In this document: piece by piece, positions 15,304-24,066 of the stretch
Layout: each line of letters begins with the position of its first letter
How positions within the stretch are numbered: the first letter of the stretch is position 1
DNA from: a virus
Lineage: Duplodnaviria; Caudoviricetes
DNA: 35,860 bases
IMG/VR virus record: IMGVR_UViG_3300020397_000862
Span: 1-35,860 of that record
Direction: 5' to 3' (one strand)
Position numbers and translations under genes: made by a program
The notes under the pieces: model-generated
Seen by the model: the letters and a program-made list of their open reading frames with translations, nothing else
What the model was told of the DNA's origin: nothing
Databases searched by the model: none

Positions 15304-16476
15304 TTACTCCACTTTTAATAATACCATATTATTATTTATTCTTCCAGTCACACTTTGTTTCTTGGAAGTTATTTCGTCCATAACCTTATTTAGTACCACT
15401 TTTCCACCATCTAAAATACGGTCGATAAAATATTCAGTTCGAACGCCAACTTTTTTACAGCCTGATGCCTTTTCATCAAAGTTCTGTAATGTTGTACCTT
15501 TACAACCAAGACCACCTCGGTCGATAGCTTCATATTTAACTATCTCGTTTGTCTTTGAGTTGTAAATCCATAATCTTTGTGCCCCAATAATTAATAATGG
15601 GTCAATAGATTTAATCTTGTTGTCTCTGTCTTCTTTCAGATAAGAAAGTTTTTTCACCTGTCTGTCGGCTGTTACTTTTCTTTTCTTACGAATAGGTTTA
15701 TTCATTTCTGCATATCTCATAGCATCTGTTTGTATACCTCTTACAAAGTTGTAATAATCTTTTTGTTCTTGTCTTGAAAGATAACTGTAACCTTCTTTTA
15801 ATTGTGGGTGACAATTAGGTCCTAGTAGTTCGTCTAGTTCATCAATAATACTTTGATACTCTTCTGGTATTCCTTTTGCTACTGTCGCTGAAACTTTTAA
15901 ATCAGCCAGATATTTGTATGTGTCAAAGTCTTGAGTTTGCCACATATCAACTGCGTGGTCGATTTCACCACAGACTTGATAAACTTTACTTTTGATATTT
16001 TCTTGAACTGACTTTCTGCGTTTTGATAATTTTACTTCGTCAGCTTTGTTGTCTTTTTGAAAATCAATATCATCAGCTTTCTTGAGAGTCTCTTTAATGT
16101 GACTCATAAATTTTAAATGATAATGTTGATTACCTGTTTGTTCTTGATTGACGGCACTCTCGGGTAAAGGAAACTCTATACCTTTCCTGAGACCTATAGA
16201 TATAAAAGCGTTTGAACTTGGCCAATTTAAATTTTTAAGTTTATTTGCGTTCTTAAAACCTTGCTCTTTTGCGTATGTAATATATGCAGTGACGGCCTGT
16301 TTTCTATCATAGAAATAATTGAACCAGTTTAAATAAGCCGATAGATTATGGTCGTCAAAGTATCCGACTTCGGGTTCTGGACCATAATGCATTTCTTCAA
16401 GCGATAATTTATTCGCTCTTGTCATGCGTTTTTTCGGCTTCGCTTTTTTAACTGTTTGTACTTTTCTTTTAGCCAT
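15304..16476 (-). CDS. Hypothetical protein, 390 aa, late promoter
   Basis: GPEP, LNWFNY, QLKEGY, SIDP..IIGA..LW.YN.K, GRIN.N..LL. TATAAATA at 16490-16483. Confidence 0.8.
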   Translation of the reverse strand: MAKRKVQTVKKAKPKKRMTRANKLSLEEMHYGPEPEVGYFDDHNLSAYLNWFNYFYDRKQAVTAYITYAKEQGFKNANKLKNLNWPSSNAFISIGLRKGIEFPLPESAVNQEQTGNQHYHLKFMSHIKETLKKADDIDFQKDNKADEVKLSKRRKSVQENIKSKVYQVCGEIDHAVDMWQTQDFDTYKYLADLKVSATVAKGIPEEYQSIIDELDELLGPNCHPQLKEGYSYLSRQEQKDYYNFVRGIQTDAMRYAEMNKPIRKKRKVTADRQVKKLSYLKEDRDNKIKSIDPLLIIGAQRLWIYNSKTNEIVKYEAIDRGGLGCKGTTLQNFDEKASGCKKVGVRTEYFIDRILDGGKVVLNKVMDEITSKKQSVTGRINNNMVLLKVE

Positions 16477-16508
16477 AATTATTATTTATACCATTTATAT
16501 ATGCTTTT

Positions 16509-16880
16509 TTACCTTCTCATGCGAGCAATATCTTTCGCATGGTCTTTATCAGACTCAAAAATAGGTACTGCATTTGATTTATGCATCGTTGCGATACCTA
16601 CAAGTTTTCTTTCTCCTGTGTATGCTTGGGGTTCTTTTCTACCCATTGAATCTGGTTGTTTACCAAAAGTACCATTCTTTATCTGTTGTTCCATCAAAGA
16701 AGGATATTTTTCTCTATGTTCTTTTGACGCCTGTATTCTGTCTAATTCACTTTGACTTGGCTTTCTTTGTTTTGTGACTATCGGTGTTTTTCTTCTTGTT
16801 GGGTTTGCACAATGATTCTTTCTTTTCTTCCCATTCATAGAGTAGCGTAATGACCCCATGTAAATACTTGTTACTGCCAT
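16509..16880 (-). CDS. Basic hypothetical protein
   Basis: GIATMHKSNAVPIF motif; GGAG RBS. Confidence 0.75.
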   Translation of the reverse strand: MAVTSIYMGSLRYSMNGKKRKNHCANPTRRKTPIVTKQRKPSQSELDRIQASKEHREKYPSLMEQQIKNGTFGKQPDSMGRKEPQAYTGERKLVGIATMHKSNAVPIFESDKDHAKDIARMRR

Positions 16881-16887
16881 AATTCTC

Positions 16888-17094
16888 CTATCTTTTAAGT
16901 TTTATAAATTGTCTTCTCGCCTTTGAAAAAAGTTTTGAAGGCTTCTTGTAGAAAATCTCCTCTTTGGTTCCTGTGATGATGTAACCGACATTCTCATTCT
17001 TATCATTAAAGATATAAGTATGATTTTTGACATTACAACCAGCATCACTCCAATCGGTAATCTCTTTGTAGTATGTGTAATTATTATCTGTCAT
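16888..17094 (-). CDS. Small hypothetical (early cluster)
   Basis: KEITDW....NHTY....GYI...FSKARRQF; ATG 17094 is the likely start. Confidence 0.65.
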   Translation of the reverse strand: MTDNNYTYYKEITDWSDAGCNVKNHTYIFNDKNENVGYIITGTKEEIFYKKPSKLFSKARRQFIKLKR

Positions 17095-17326
17095 AAACTG
17101 TAAATGATGTTGCGTATTCTTTGAGACAATAAGATTGGTCTCGCTCATAAACACCAGGTATCGACTTACCTCGATAACGAACTCGACATGGCCTTGACTT
17201 TAAAAAATCAGATACCACATATGAGTCACGGTATTGTATGGGTATATTCGCAAACTCTTTTTGTGTTAAGTCTTGGCCTTCAAGCCTACCCATAACTAAA
17301 TCATAATCTGAAATACTATCTGCCAT
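17084..17326 (-). CDS. Small hypothetical (early cluster)
   Basis: GGAG RBS before ATG 17326; FANIP...RVRYRG...ATSFTVY. Confidence 0.65.
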   Translation of the reverse strand: MADSISDYDLVMGRLEGQDLTQKEFANIPIQYRDSYVVSDFLKSRPCRVRYRGKSIPGVYERDQSYCLKEYATSFTVYDR

Positions 17327-17328
17327 AA

Positions 17329-17538
17329 TTATTCTCCGTATATTACTTTCCAATCTGAAGCGGTATAACCTGTCATAATGAACTCTCGCTCAACATCAGT
17401 CAGATTCGGAAAGATATCTTGTATCATTCTTCGCTGATGATTCGGTTTGTTCCACTCTTCTACCTGTTCTTGAGTAATATCAAGAACCATTTCATTCTCT
17501 TCACCTGTAAGAGGACTAATTCTTTTTACACATATCAT
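17329..17538 (-). CDS. Small hypothetical (early cluster)
   Basis: RISPLTG....M.LDIT...IQDIFPNL...EREFIMTG. Confidence 0.75.
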   Translation of the reverse strand: MICVKRISPLTGEENEMVLDITQEQVEEWNKPNHQRRMIQDIFPNLTDVEREFIMTGYTASDWKVIYGE

Positions 17539-17690
17539 GTGATTTGTACTCCTAAGAAATCAAACTCCGTATCGAAGTCAAGACGAAACTTTCGTGACAA
17601 ACGACTTACGAAGATTTTTTGCCCAAAGAATAGGTAAACTAAGTAATCACTTAGAGTTACCCCTACATTAAAACGGTTATTTGATTTCAT
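17535..17690 (-). CDS. Small hypothetical (51 aa)
   Basis: MKSNNRFNVGVTLSDYLVYLFFGQK...; ATGA overlap with the next gene. Confidence 0.45.
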   Translation of the reverse strand: MKSNNRFNVGVTLSDYLVYLFFGQKIFVSRLSRKFRLDFDTEFDFLGVQIT

Positions 17691-17733
17691 AAAATATGCC
17701 ACTATGATCATTCTTTTTCTCCTTTTGTCAACC

Positions 17734-18141
17734 TCATAGATAGTGTGGGCCTGTCCACGCTACCGAATAATTATCAAAAATGTTCCCTCTCGGAGAGTTC
17801 AACGCTGGGGTTTTCCACCCAGCTGACTTCAACAAGTCACCTTCTTGGAAGGTCACATATTCAGGACCAGTTTTTCTTTTACTCTTTACTTTAAAATTCT
17901 TACACGCTACGAAGCCCCATACAGATGCTCCACTATGTCTATCCATAACCACTCTTAGATATTTCTGCCCAAGCGTATATCCGAGACCCTCTTTGAATTC
18001 TTGATTCATCTTCCGATTTTTTTCTGGTGGCATGAACTGGTCATAAGAGTCAAAGATTTTTTGCTCTAACTCACCAAGTGCGTTCTTGAATTCATCATCA
18101 AAGGGTAATTGTTCTAAACTTAAATAGTCACTCATTAACAT
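17734..18141 (-). CDS. Hypothetical (early cluster)
   Basis: KYLRVV...SVWGFV...GDLLKSAGWKTPA..PRGNI. Confidence 0.75.
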   Translation of the reverse strand: MLMSDYLSLEQLPFDDEFKNALGELEQKIFDSYDQFMPPEKNRKMNQEFKEGLGYTLGQKYLRVVMDRHSGASVWGFVACKNFKVKSKRKTGPEYVTFQEGDLLKSAGWKTPALNSPRGNIFDNYSVAWTGPHYL

Positions 18142-18476
18142 GCCTCCGCTGCTTTTCTTATTTCTGCTTTACCTTTCTCTACACCTTCTTTGATGTAGTT
18201 AACTAAATGCCTTTTCATTGAGACAGCGTTATAACCACCTCTACAAGTGATATCAATACCATAAGGCTGATAAGTTAGTTTATAGTATCTTGGACCATCT
18301 ATCATTTCACAACCTTGTGCCCCTGCTAACCAATATGAAAGGTCTTGACCTCTCACAGGTACCAGTTTCAGTCCTACTAAATCGCCTGTAAGAAAGTTAT
18401 GTAACTTAACATAGCTTATCTTGTCACCCTTTGGTGCTATCTTTAATGTTTCTGTATATTTACTCATTAGTGCCAC
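18135..18476 (-). CDS. Hypothetical (early cluster)
   Basis: 113-aa ORF, AAGGAG RBS. Confidence 0.65.
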   Translation of the reverse strand: MALMSKYTETLKIAPKGDKISYVKLHNFLTGDLVGLKLVPVRGQDLSYWLAGAQGCEMIDGPRYYKLTYQPYGIDITCRGGYNAVSMKRHLVNYIKEGVEKGKAEIRKAAEAC

Positions 18477-18628
18477 TCCTTTTTGATTGATACATTTTCT
18501 AGTCCTTTATCTGCAACAGCGTAATGAAAAACTGTTCTCGCGTCTTTATCATTATCAAAAGCCAAATCAAGGGAATCATTCGTATCCTTATATTGTATCG
18601 TTATTGTAGTAGTGTAATTCTCACTCAT
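18467..18628 (-). CDS. Small hypothetical, first gene of the leftward early operon
   Basis: Repeated leader with GAGG RBS before ATG 18628. Confidence 0.7.
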   Translation of the reverse strand: MSENYTTTITIQYKDTNDSLDLAFDNDKDARTVFHYAVADKGLENVSIKKEWH

Positions 18629-18692
18629 ATTTTTACCTCGTTTATTTAACATACAATACGATCATAAGAAAAATGGTAGCACGAAGTCAAGC
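18625..18692 (-). promoter_or_regulatory. Early promoter plus leader cassette, copy 2
   Basis: TTGACT (18690-18685) N18 TATGAT (18666-18661) with GCTAC box; 28-bp leader identical to copy 1. Confidence 0.8.
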
Positions 18693-18858
18693 GTGAACTC
18701 TGGAGAATCTTGGGGCGGCCGAAAAAAATTTTAGTCGAAATCGAATCCAAAGTCATTTACATCCACGATAATCCCCTAAGGTAACGCAGCCCCCCGCCCC
18801 CTTAACTCCACAAAGGCCCCCCGCTGCCTCTCAGAGAAAAGACAACACTCTGGTTGCA

Positions 18859-18881
18859 GAAAACACGCTCGAAAACACGCT
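18859..18881 (+). repeat. Tandem 11-bp direct repeat GAAAACACGCT x2 (degenerate third copy 18841-18851)
   Basis: Seen directly, just upstream of the -35 of promoter copy 3. Confidence 0.7.
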
Positions 18882-18887
18882 TAAAAA

Positions 18888-18946
18888 GCTTGACTCCCCG
18901 CTACTAAAAAGTCTATGATCATATAGTAAATAGAGGTAAATAAATT
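18888..18946 (+). promoter_or_regulatory. Early promoter copy 3 (divergent from copy 2)
   Basis: TTGACT (18890-18895) N18 TATGAT (18914-18919), GCTAC box, GAGGTAAA RBS. Confidence 0.8.
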
Positions 18947-19156
18947 ATGAGTAACTTAATAAACGACCAAATCATAGACCAAATCATTGATGAAGTAGAA
19001 TCATTAGATAAGGTTGAGGTGATGAATCAATTAAACACAGCGAATCTATTAAAGGTATCGGCCTTCACAGGTGGTCCTTTTACTAACGACATAGTAGAAT
19101 ACGCAAGAAGTGTTCTGATTGACCAAAAATGGGAGGAACTTCCCGACTATGTATAA
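18947..19156 (+). CDS. Small acidic early protein
   Basis: RBS and early promoter; MSNLINDQIIDQIIDEVE. Confidence 0.75.
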   Translation: MSNLINDQIIDQIIDEVESLDKVEVMNQLNTANLLKVSAFTGGPFTNDIVEYARSVLIDQKWEELPDYV

Positions 19157-19310
19157 GAACAACGCGGCTGTTTCTGGCGTTCTCCAAACTGGTATCCAAC
19201 CCAGCGATGATGAACTAGAGTCTACGACTACTGTTAACAGCCCAACTAACGGTGATGAAGTCGGAATATGGTCTGACTTCGCACTAGAAGGATTAAATGA
19301 TTATGAGTAA
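19149..19310 (+). CDS. Small acidic early protein
   Basis: GGAGG upstream of ATG 19149; overlaps both neighbours by 8 nt. Confidence 0.55.
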   Translation: MYKNNAAVSGVLQTGIQPSDDELESTTTVNSPTNGDEVGIWSDFALEGLNDYE

Positions 19311-19575
19311 AACTGAAAATAGTAAATCAGTTGGTGAGAGTATGGCCAAGCAATATAAGGCTTGTGTCCGTCTTGAACACATAGCGACTTCGTATCCCGA
19401 AGTAGTACCTATCAACTCTAAGGAGTATAGTCTACTGACTGTTAAGGATAACCAAGACGCGTGTTCTGACTTAGCTTTTAGTAGTATGATTTCAAGGGGT
19501 GTATTAGAGCCTGACTGGTTCGAAGACTACTTCTTTGAAGGCGTATATTACGAAGGCCAACTTAAATCCCACTAG
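19303..19575 (+). CDS. Small early protein
   Basis: AAGGA RBS; about 90 aa. Confidence 0.65.
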   Translation: MSKTENSKSVGESMAKQYKACVRLEHIATSYPEVVPINSKEYSLLTVKDNQDACSDLAFSSMISRGVLEPDWFEDYFFEGVYYEGQLKSH

Positions 19576-19588
19576 CAGGACGAACGAT

Positions 19589-19924
19589 CTAAGACGACTT
19601 ATGTAATGAGATAAGGTCGTCTAAGCGCATGACCACGAGTGTTTCCTGTCGATTCCTAGACATAACCACAAGGGGTTTATATGACTTACAGTTCTCTTTT
19701 GCCTGTTCCCACGCAGCCCACACATTCAATTTTTCTTGATTCTTACACTCTATACTATAGGGGAACGCCTCTCTTGCCGCTCTGGACATGATAAGATCTT
19801 CACCTTGACTGCCCATCGGACGACTTTCTATGTCCTCTGGGTGTATATCCAACTCTTCGATAAGCTGTGTTCTAACCTGTTGTTGCAGTCTCCTACCCTT
19901 TGCTTTTGCTGAACTTGTCTTCAT
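19589..19924 (-). CDS. Holliday-junction-resolvase-like PD-(D/E)XK endonuclease
   Basis: SAKAKGRRLQQ, SRPMGSQGEDL, YSIECKNQEKLNVW.AW.QA. Confidence 0.75.
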   Translation of the reverse strand: MKTSSAKAKGRRLQQQVRTQLIEELDIHPEDIESRPMGSQGEDLIMSRAAREAFPYSIECKNQEKLNVWAAWEQAKENCKSYKPLVVMSRNRQETLVVMRLDDLISLHKSS

Positions 19925-20127
19925 TCTGAACCTCGCGCGCCGCTCTCATCCTGATTCTGACTGCCACTCTGATACGCTCTTATACCATTACGCACCATAT
20001 GGCGTATTAAGTCTGAGCGATTAAAGTGATTTCTACGGCAAAACTCTGAGCGTTCTAGTATTTCGTCTAGCATCTGTACGACTGACACTTCAAATCGTGT
20101 GTTTACTGACTCTGTATAACGCCTCAT
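19921..20127 (-). CDS. Possible ribbon-helix-helix DNA-binding protein
   Basis: SVNTRF (strand), VVQMLDEIL (helix), NRSDLIRHMV (helix); AGGGGG RBS. Confidence 0.55.
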   Translation of the reverse strand: MRRYTESVNTRFEVSVVQMLDEILERSEFCRRNHFNRSDLIRHMVRNGIRAYQSGSQNQDESGARGSE

Positions 20128-20237
20128 TGGAACCCCCTATTTCTGTGTTCGGTTATGTTTTACATATATAGAGGTATATAGTCAATCGGATAACCCCCAT
20201 ATTACGAGGCCTATCACAATTAGGAGTAGTAGGTGTT

Positions 20238-20465
20238 CTATGCCCACTTAAACAGGATAGAGACTTGGCCTACACCTGCTATATGAGGTATATTCTCTAC
20301 TGGAACTATTTCGATTGGACCTGGTCTCATAGGTATATGTGGATTCTCTTGGTATTCATAGTATATATCTGGATATACAGGAGGATACTCTATCATTAGA
20401 AATATGATACCACCTACAATTAAGGTAATCAATAGTGCTATTAATGTTGTTTTGAATGTTCTCAT
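20238..20465 (-). CDS. Small membrane-anchored protein
   Basis: N-terminal TM followed by a Pro-rich tail. Confidence 0.6.
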   Translation of the reverse strand: MRTFKTTLIALLITLIVGGIIFLMIEYPPVYPDIYYEYQENPHIPMRPGPIEIVPVENIPHIAGVGQVSILFKWA

Positions 20466-20498
20466 AGGGTTATATGGTACATAAGTAGTAGCCTACTT

Positions 20499-20897
20499 TC
20501 AAGAGCCATTTGATATGGAAATGATACCTATTATCGTACCATCTTCGGCTCTTATTGTACTTGTAGTCTTTGTTGTGATATTGGGGCACTCAAGGTGTTC
20601 ATAATCTGTATCTGCCCACCAACAGATTTCGTCTTCCTTGGATTTCGGAACCGTTGTATCTTCGATAGGACTTTTTGTGACTCGTAGTTGTGCATCTTGC
20701 ATGACTTGTTCCATACACCAATGCCATGCGTCTTCACTCTCTAGAAAGGCTGAACACTCACGGAAATGTTCTCTCCATGCATCGGAATCGTAAGAGTCAT
20801 TCCACTCTGATTCTGTATTTGGTGGTATTCTCCACCCTATCGCACATGAGGCGAGTATACTAGTGCACAGTATCGTTATCAATGTTTTCTTCATCAT
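20499..20897 (-). CDS. Putative lipoprotein
   Basis: MKK + hydrophobic stretch + LASC lipobox; GAGGAG RBS. Confidence 0.6.
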   Translation of the reverse strand: MMKKTLITILCTSILASCAIGWRIPPNTESEWNDSYDSDAWREHFRECSAFLESEDAWHWCMEQVMQDAQLRVTKSPIEDTTVPKSKEDEICWWADTDYEHLECPNITTKTTSTIRAEDGTIIGIISISNGS

Positions 20898-21045
20898 AAT
20901 TCTCCTCAGTTGGGTCGTATATCTCTTCTTTACAGAACGGACAGTATTGTGGTATATATTGTAGTCCCATATCGTGTTCTATCTTGAACTCTGCACCACA
21001 ATTCTCACAAAAGAGTTCTGTTTGGTTTTCGTTATCAATCGCCAT
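20860..21045 (-). CDS. Zinc-ribbon protein
   Basis: CENC...YCPFC with acidic tail. Confidence 0.75.
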   Translation of the reverse strand: MAIDNENQTELFCENCGAEFKIEHDMGLQYIPQYCPFCKEEIYDPTEENYDEENIDNDTVH

Positions 21046-21286
21046 TTAATCTTTTTGCTAATTCGTTATATCCACCAATGTATTCTTCTTCAAACACTGC
21101 TGTATCCCATTCTTCGATTACTCTTATCTGTGGAAAAGTTCTTGCGTCGGGAAAAACTTCAAAGAGTTCTTCACTTGTAAAATCTTTACCAAGACATTTG
21201 TATTCGTATATCTGTTTCTTTGTTTTACAAAGATTCACTGCCATATCACAATATGGACAATTTGGTTTACCCCATATCTGTATCAT
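21035..21286 (-). CDS. nrdC: Glutaredoxin (T4 NrdC-like)
   Basis: CPYC active site, RTFPQI, YIGGY. Confidence 0.92.
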   Translation of the reverse strand: MIQIWGKPNCPYCDMAVNLCKTKKQIYEYKCLGKDFTSEELFEVFPDARTFPQIRVIEEWDTAVFEEEYIGGYNELAKRLNGD

Positions 21287-21287
21287 C

Positions 21288-21560
21288 TTAGCTTCCTATG
21301 TTTATATCAATGACAAGAAACGACAATAACATAAATGCTAGTGTTGAGAACTGTAAAATTGATGCGATAATCACTATTGTCAATGACCTATCGCCCCACC
21401 ATTTACCTTCTGTTTCATGCCATTCTTTTATTTGTTCTGGTGTAGCTTCATCTGGTGTCCACCTTATACCTAACTCACTCGCCACTTTTTGGTCGGGTGA
21501 TGTAAAATCTATTTCTAACTGTTTTCTATCTTCCATATAATCATTCCATACTGGTGTCAT
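21288..21560 (-). CDS. Small protein with C-terminal TM helix
   Basis: ATGA overlap with the cytochrome c stop, GGAG RBS; SLTIVIIASILQFSTLAFMLLSFLVI. Confidence 0.65.
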   Translation of the reverse strand: MTPVWNDYMEDRKQLEIDFTSPDQKVASELGIRWTPDEATPEQIKEWHETEGKWWGDRSLTIVIIASILQFSTLAFMLLSFLVIDINIGS

Positions 21561-22000
21561 TTCATCTCCGTTTCGACCAGTTCTCCGAGAAGTTGTATCT
21601 CCCTCTCTGATAACTGACCTGCCTGAGCCCACATTGTTGAACTCATGGCGTTTCTTGTGCCCTTGTTTTTATAAACCGTTAGCGCCTCAATTATATAGTC
21701 AGCTGATGAGCCTGCAAGTGCTGGAAACACTGCCATACCTTCACCATTCTGACCATGACACGCTGCACAACCAGCCCATAACCCTCGGACACTACTAAAA
21801 GGGTCACTTGCTGCCTCTGCTTGTTTAGCCTGTAACTGGTCTACTACAGAACCGTACATAGCTACATACTCTCGGTAACATTCGCCGGTACAGCTCTTAT
21901 TATTTCCATAACCTTTGACCTCTAAGTTAGGGTAGATGAAACCAAAGTGGAAAGTCATAATTGCTGCAACGGCTGAAACTGCTAATAAAAATTCTCTCAT
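21557..22000 (-). CDS. Membrane-anchored monoheme class I cytochrome c (c553/c4-like)
   Basis: N-terminal hydrophobic anchor, CAACHG..GEG...PALAG, YI..AL..YK, distal Met candidate in SSTMWAQA, LS..EI..L. Confidence 0.9.
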   Translation of the reverse strand: MREFLLAVSAVAAIMTFHFGFIYPNLEVKGYGNNKSCTGECYREYVAMYGSVVDQLQAKQAEAASDPFSSVRGLWAGCAACHGQNGEGMAVFPALAGSSADYIIEALTVYKNKGTRNAMSSTMWAQAGQLSEREIQLLGELVETEMK

Positions 22001-22590
22001 GCTCTATCTCCATATCTATGATTTACTTCACTATGATGTTGTTCATCAGCTCTGACTTTCTTTATTAAATCAGATAGTCTGGCTGACTTTTTCATATTGT
22101 AGTAATCTATTGCTAATTGTGGGGCGGGTATATTCTCAATATAACCTGACTCTATAAGACTCAAGTATTCAGTATAACTTCGAACCGCCTCTTCTTCGAA
22201 GTATGCTATCATTCTGTGTGCTGTTCTATTGGCAAATATGTAGAGGCCAAAATAGAATAACATAAACACTAGTTGTGCGAGTATCACTAGACCTCTTTCG
22301 AACCAGTTGGGTTTCGCTATCTCTATAAAGAACATCAAATGCATCCGTTCATTCTCTGCCTCTGCTAACATTTCTCTTATTGTAGGACCATATCCTGTCC
22401 TCATTTTTCTAAGACTTTTTAGATGTAACCACATACCTGCAACCATGCCTGGTACCCCTGCTATAGTCTCTAGAACTACTGCTCTATGACCATATCGTTT
22501 TGCGAAAAAAGTATCAGCGATGAATCGAAAGAACTTTGTCATTGAATATGCAAATCTGTCTGATACTGTTATTGGTCCACTACCTCTCAT
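21997..22590 (-). CDS. aox: Alternative oxidase (ubiquinol:O2 diiron oxidase)
   Basis: All four AOX motifs: LETIAGVPGM, EAENERMHL, FEEEAVRSY, RADEQHH; HLKSLR and PAP.AI.Y also present. Confidence 0.95.
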   Translation of the reverse strand: MRGSGPITVSDRFAYSMTKFFRFIADTFFAKRYGHRAVVLETIAGVPGMVAGMWLHLKSLRKMRTGYGPTIREMLAEAENERMHLMFFIEIAKPNWFERGLVILAQLVFMLFYFGLYIFANRTAHRMIAYFEEEAVRSYTEYLSLIESGYIENIPAPQLAIDYYNMKKSARLSDLIKKVRADEQHHSEVNHRYGDRA

Positions 22591-22966
22591 AAAATACCTC
22601 CAAAGTTGTTTTATTTCCTGATAATTCTCTCTCTACTCGCTCATGTAGTTTCTCTACTTTCTTTGGATATCCCCAACCTAATCGTGCTGTTTTCTTTCCT
22701 TTACTATGTGGTGGAACAAGACCTCTCTCTGTATACTGTTCTACTGTAATATCAATTATATCGTTTTCACTTCTACAGAACCAATGATATTCACCTTCAT
22801 CATCAACTGCACGGTGAAGTTCAAGTTCTGGATAGTAATTTTGTAATACACAAGAAGCGTGATAACAATGACCTGCCATTTTCTGTACAGCGTTTCTACT
22901 CAACCATGTTCTAGCGAGTAAATCTGTAGTCAAATTATTCTTAATGGCTCTGATAACCTTTTCCAT
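22580..22966 (-). CDS. Hypothetical, possible Cys-His-Asp (papain/transglutaminase-like) fold
   Basis: GHCYHAS ... HWF ... IIDIT..QY. Confidence 0.55.
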   Translation of the reverse strand: MEKVIRAIKNNLTTDLLARTWLSRNAVQKMAGHCYHASCVLQNYYPELELHRAVDDEGEYHWFCRSENDIIDITVEQYTERGLVPPHSKGKKTARLGWGYPKKVEKLHERVERELSGNKTTLEVFYER

Positions 22967-22980
22967 AATATAAATGTGTT

Positions 22981-24066
22981 CTATAATTTAAATGAACTAA
23001 ATTCGTCTTTCGTAATATCTTGTTTTATACCACCTACAATATATGATTCAACCTCTGTTTCTTGAGGTGCATTTTGTAGACCTCTAGATGATAACCAATG
23101 TTGAGTCCATGGAAGTGGATTGTTTGTTGATGGTATATCATATATGGGTTTTAGACCTAATGCTCTGAGTCTTTTGTTTGCGATGTATTCTACATATCTA
23201 CCAAGTAATTCTTCTGATAGACCAATCATTGAACCTTCTTTAAATAGAAACTTAGCCCAATCTCTCTCTTCACTCACAGCTTGTCTAAATGTGTCATATA
23301 CCCATTCTTCGTTGTTCTTGATAACTTTGTTCATGACTTTATCGTTTTCTAGATTCATATAACATTTAAGTATATGTAAACTGATTGCTAGATGTTGTGA
23401 TTCATCTCTGGCTATCAAACTAATGATTTTAGCTGACCCTTCCATAAGCTTTAACTCACCAAAACCAAAGGTACACGCAAATGAGACATAAAATCTTAGA
23501 CCCTCAAGTATATTGATTGAGATTAACATACGGTAGAGTTTCTCTTTGAGTTCGTATTCATCATTTCTATTCTGTTTTGCGTACTCTATAAAATCATCAT
23601 AGTATTTTGTGACACTCTCTGCTCTCTGAATGATAGCGTCTTCATTTATGATATGGTCAAATACTTCTGCTGGGTCTGGATACAGGTTCTTTATCATATA
23701 TGTGTAGGAACGACTATGGATAGTCTCCATGAAGTCCCATGCGACTATACATGACTCTAACTCTGGTAATGATACATGAGGAAGTAGTGCTAGAGCAGGA
23801 CCTCGCCCTTGAACTGAATCAAGTAATATCTGATATTTAAGATTACTTGTAAAGATATGTTTTTGACTCTCATTCAATGCCTGATAGTCATTTCTATCTT
23901 TCTGTAATGATATCTCTTCTGGTCTCCAGAAATAACTCAACTGTCTCTGAGTCAAATTATCAAATATAGGATATTTGAACTCGTCAAATCTCTGAGTATT
24001 CAGTTGTTCACCAAAGAACATTGGTTGTTTCTTAAAATCTACATTGTTTCTATTAAATACACTCAT
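22981..24066 (-). CDS. nrdB: Ribonucleotide reductase class Ia beta subunit
   Basis: FWRPEE, LLDSVQGR, ETIHSRSY (radical Tyr), LEGLRFYVSF, RDESQH, APQETE..SY. ATGA overlap with nrdA at 24066. Confidence 0.97.
   Translation of the reverse strand: MSVFNRNNVDFKKQPMFFGEQLNTQRFDEFKYPIFDNLTQRQLSYFWRPEEISLQKDRNDYQALNESQKHIFTSNLKYQILLDSVQGRGPALALLPHVSLPELESCIVAWDFMETIHSRSYTYMIKNLYPDPAEVFDHIINEDAIIQRAESVTKYYDDFIEYAKQNRNDEYELKEKLYRMLISINILEGLRFYVSFACTFGFGELKLMEGSAKIISLIARDESQHLAISLHILKCYMNLENDKVMNKVIKNNEEWVYDTFRQAVSEERDWAKFLFKEGSMIGLSEELLGRYVEYIANKRLRALGLKPIYDIPSTNNPLPWTQHWLSSRGLQNAPQETEVESYIVGGIKQDITKDEFSSFKL

Noticed and set aside
21997-22590. Cyanophage-type PTOX call
   Set aside because: ETIAGVPGM and NERMHL are AOX-type motifs, and no photosynthesis genes are present in the window.
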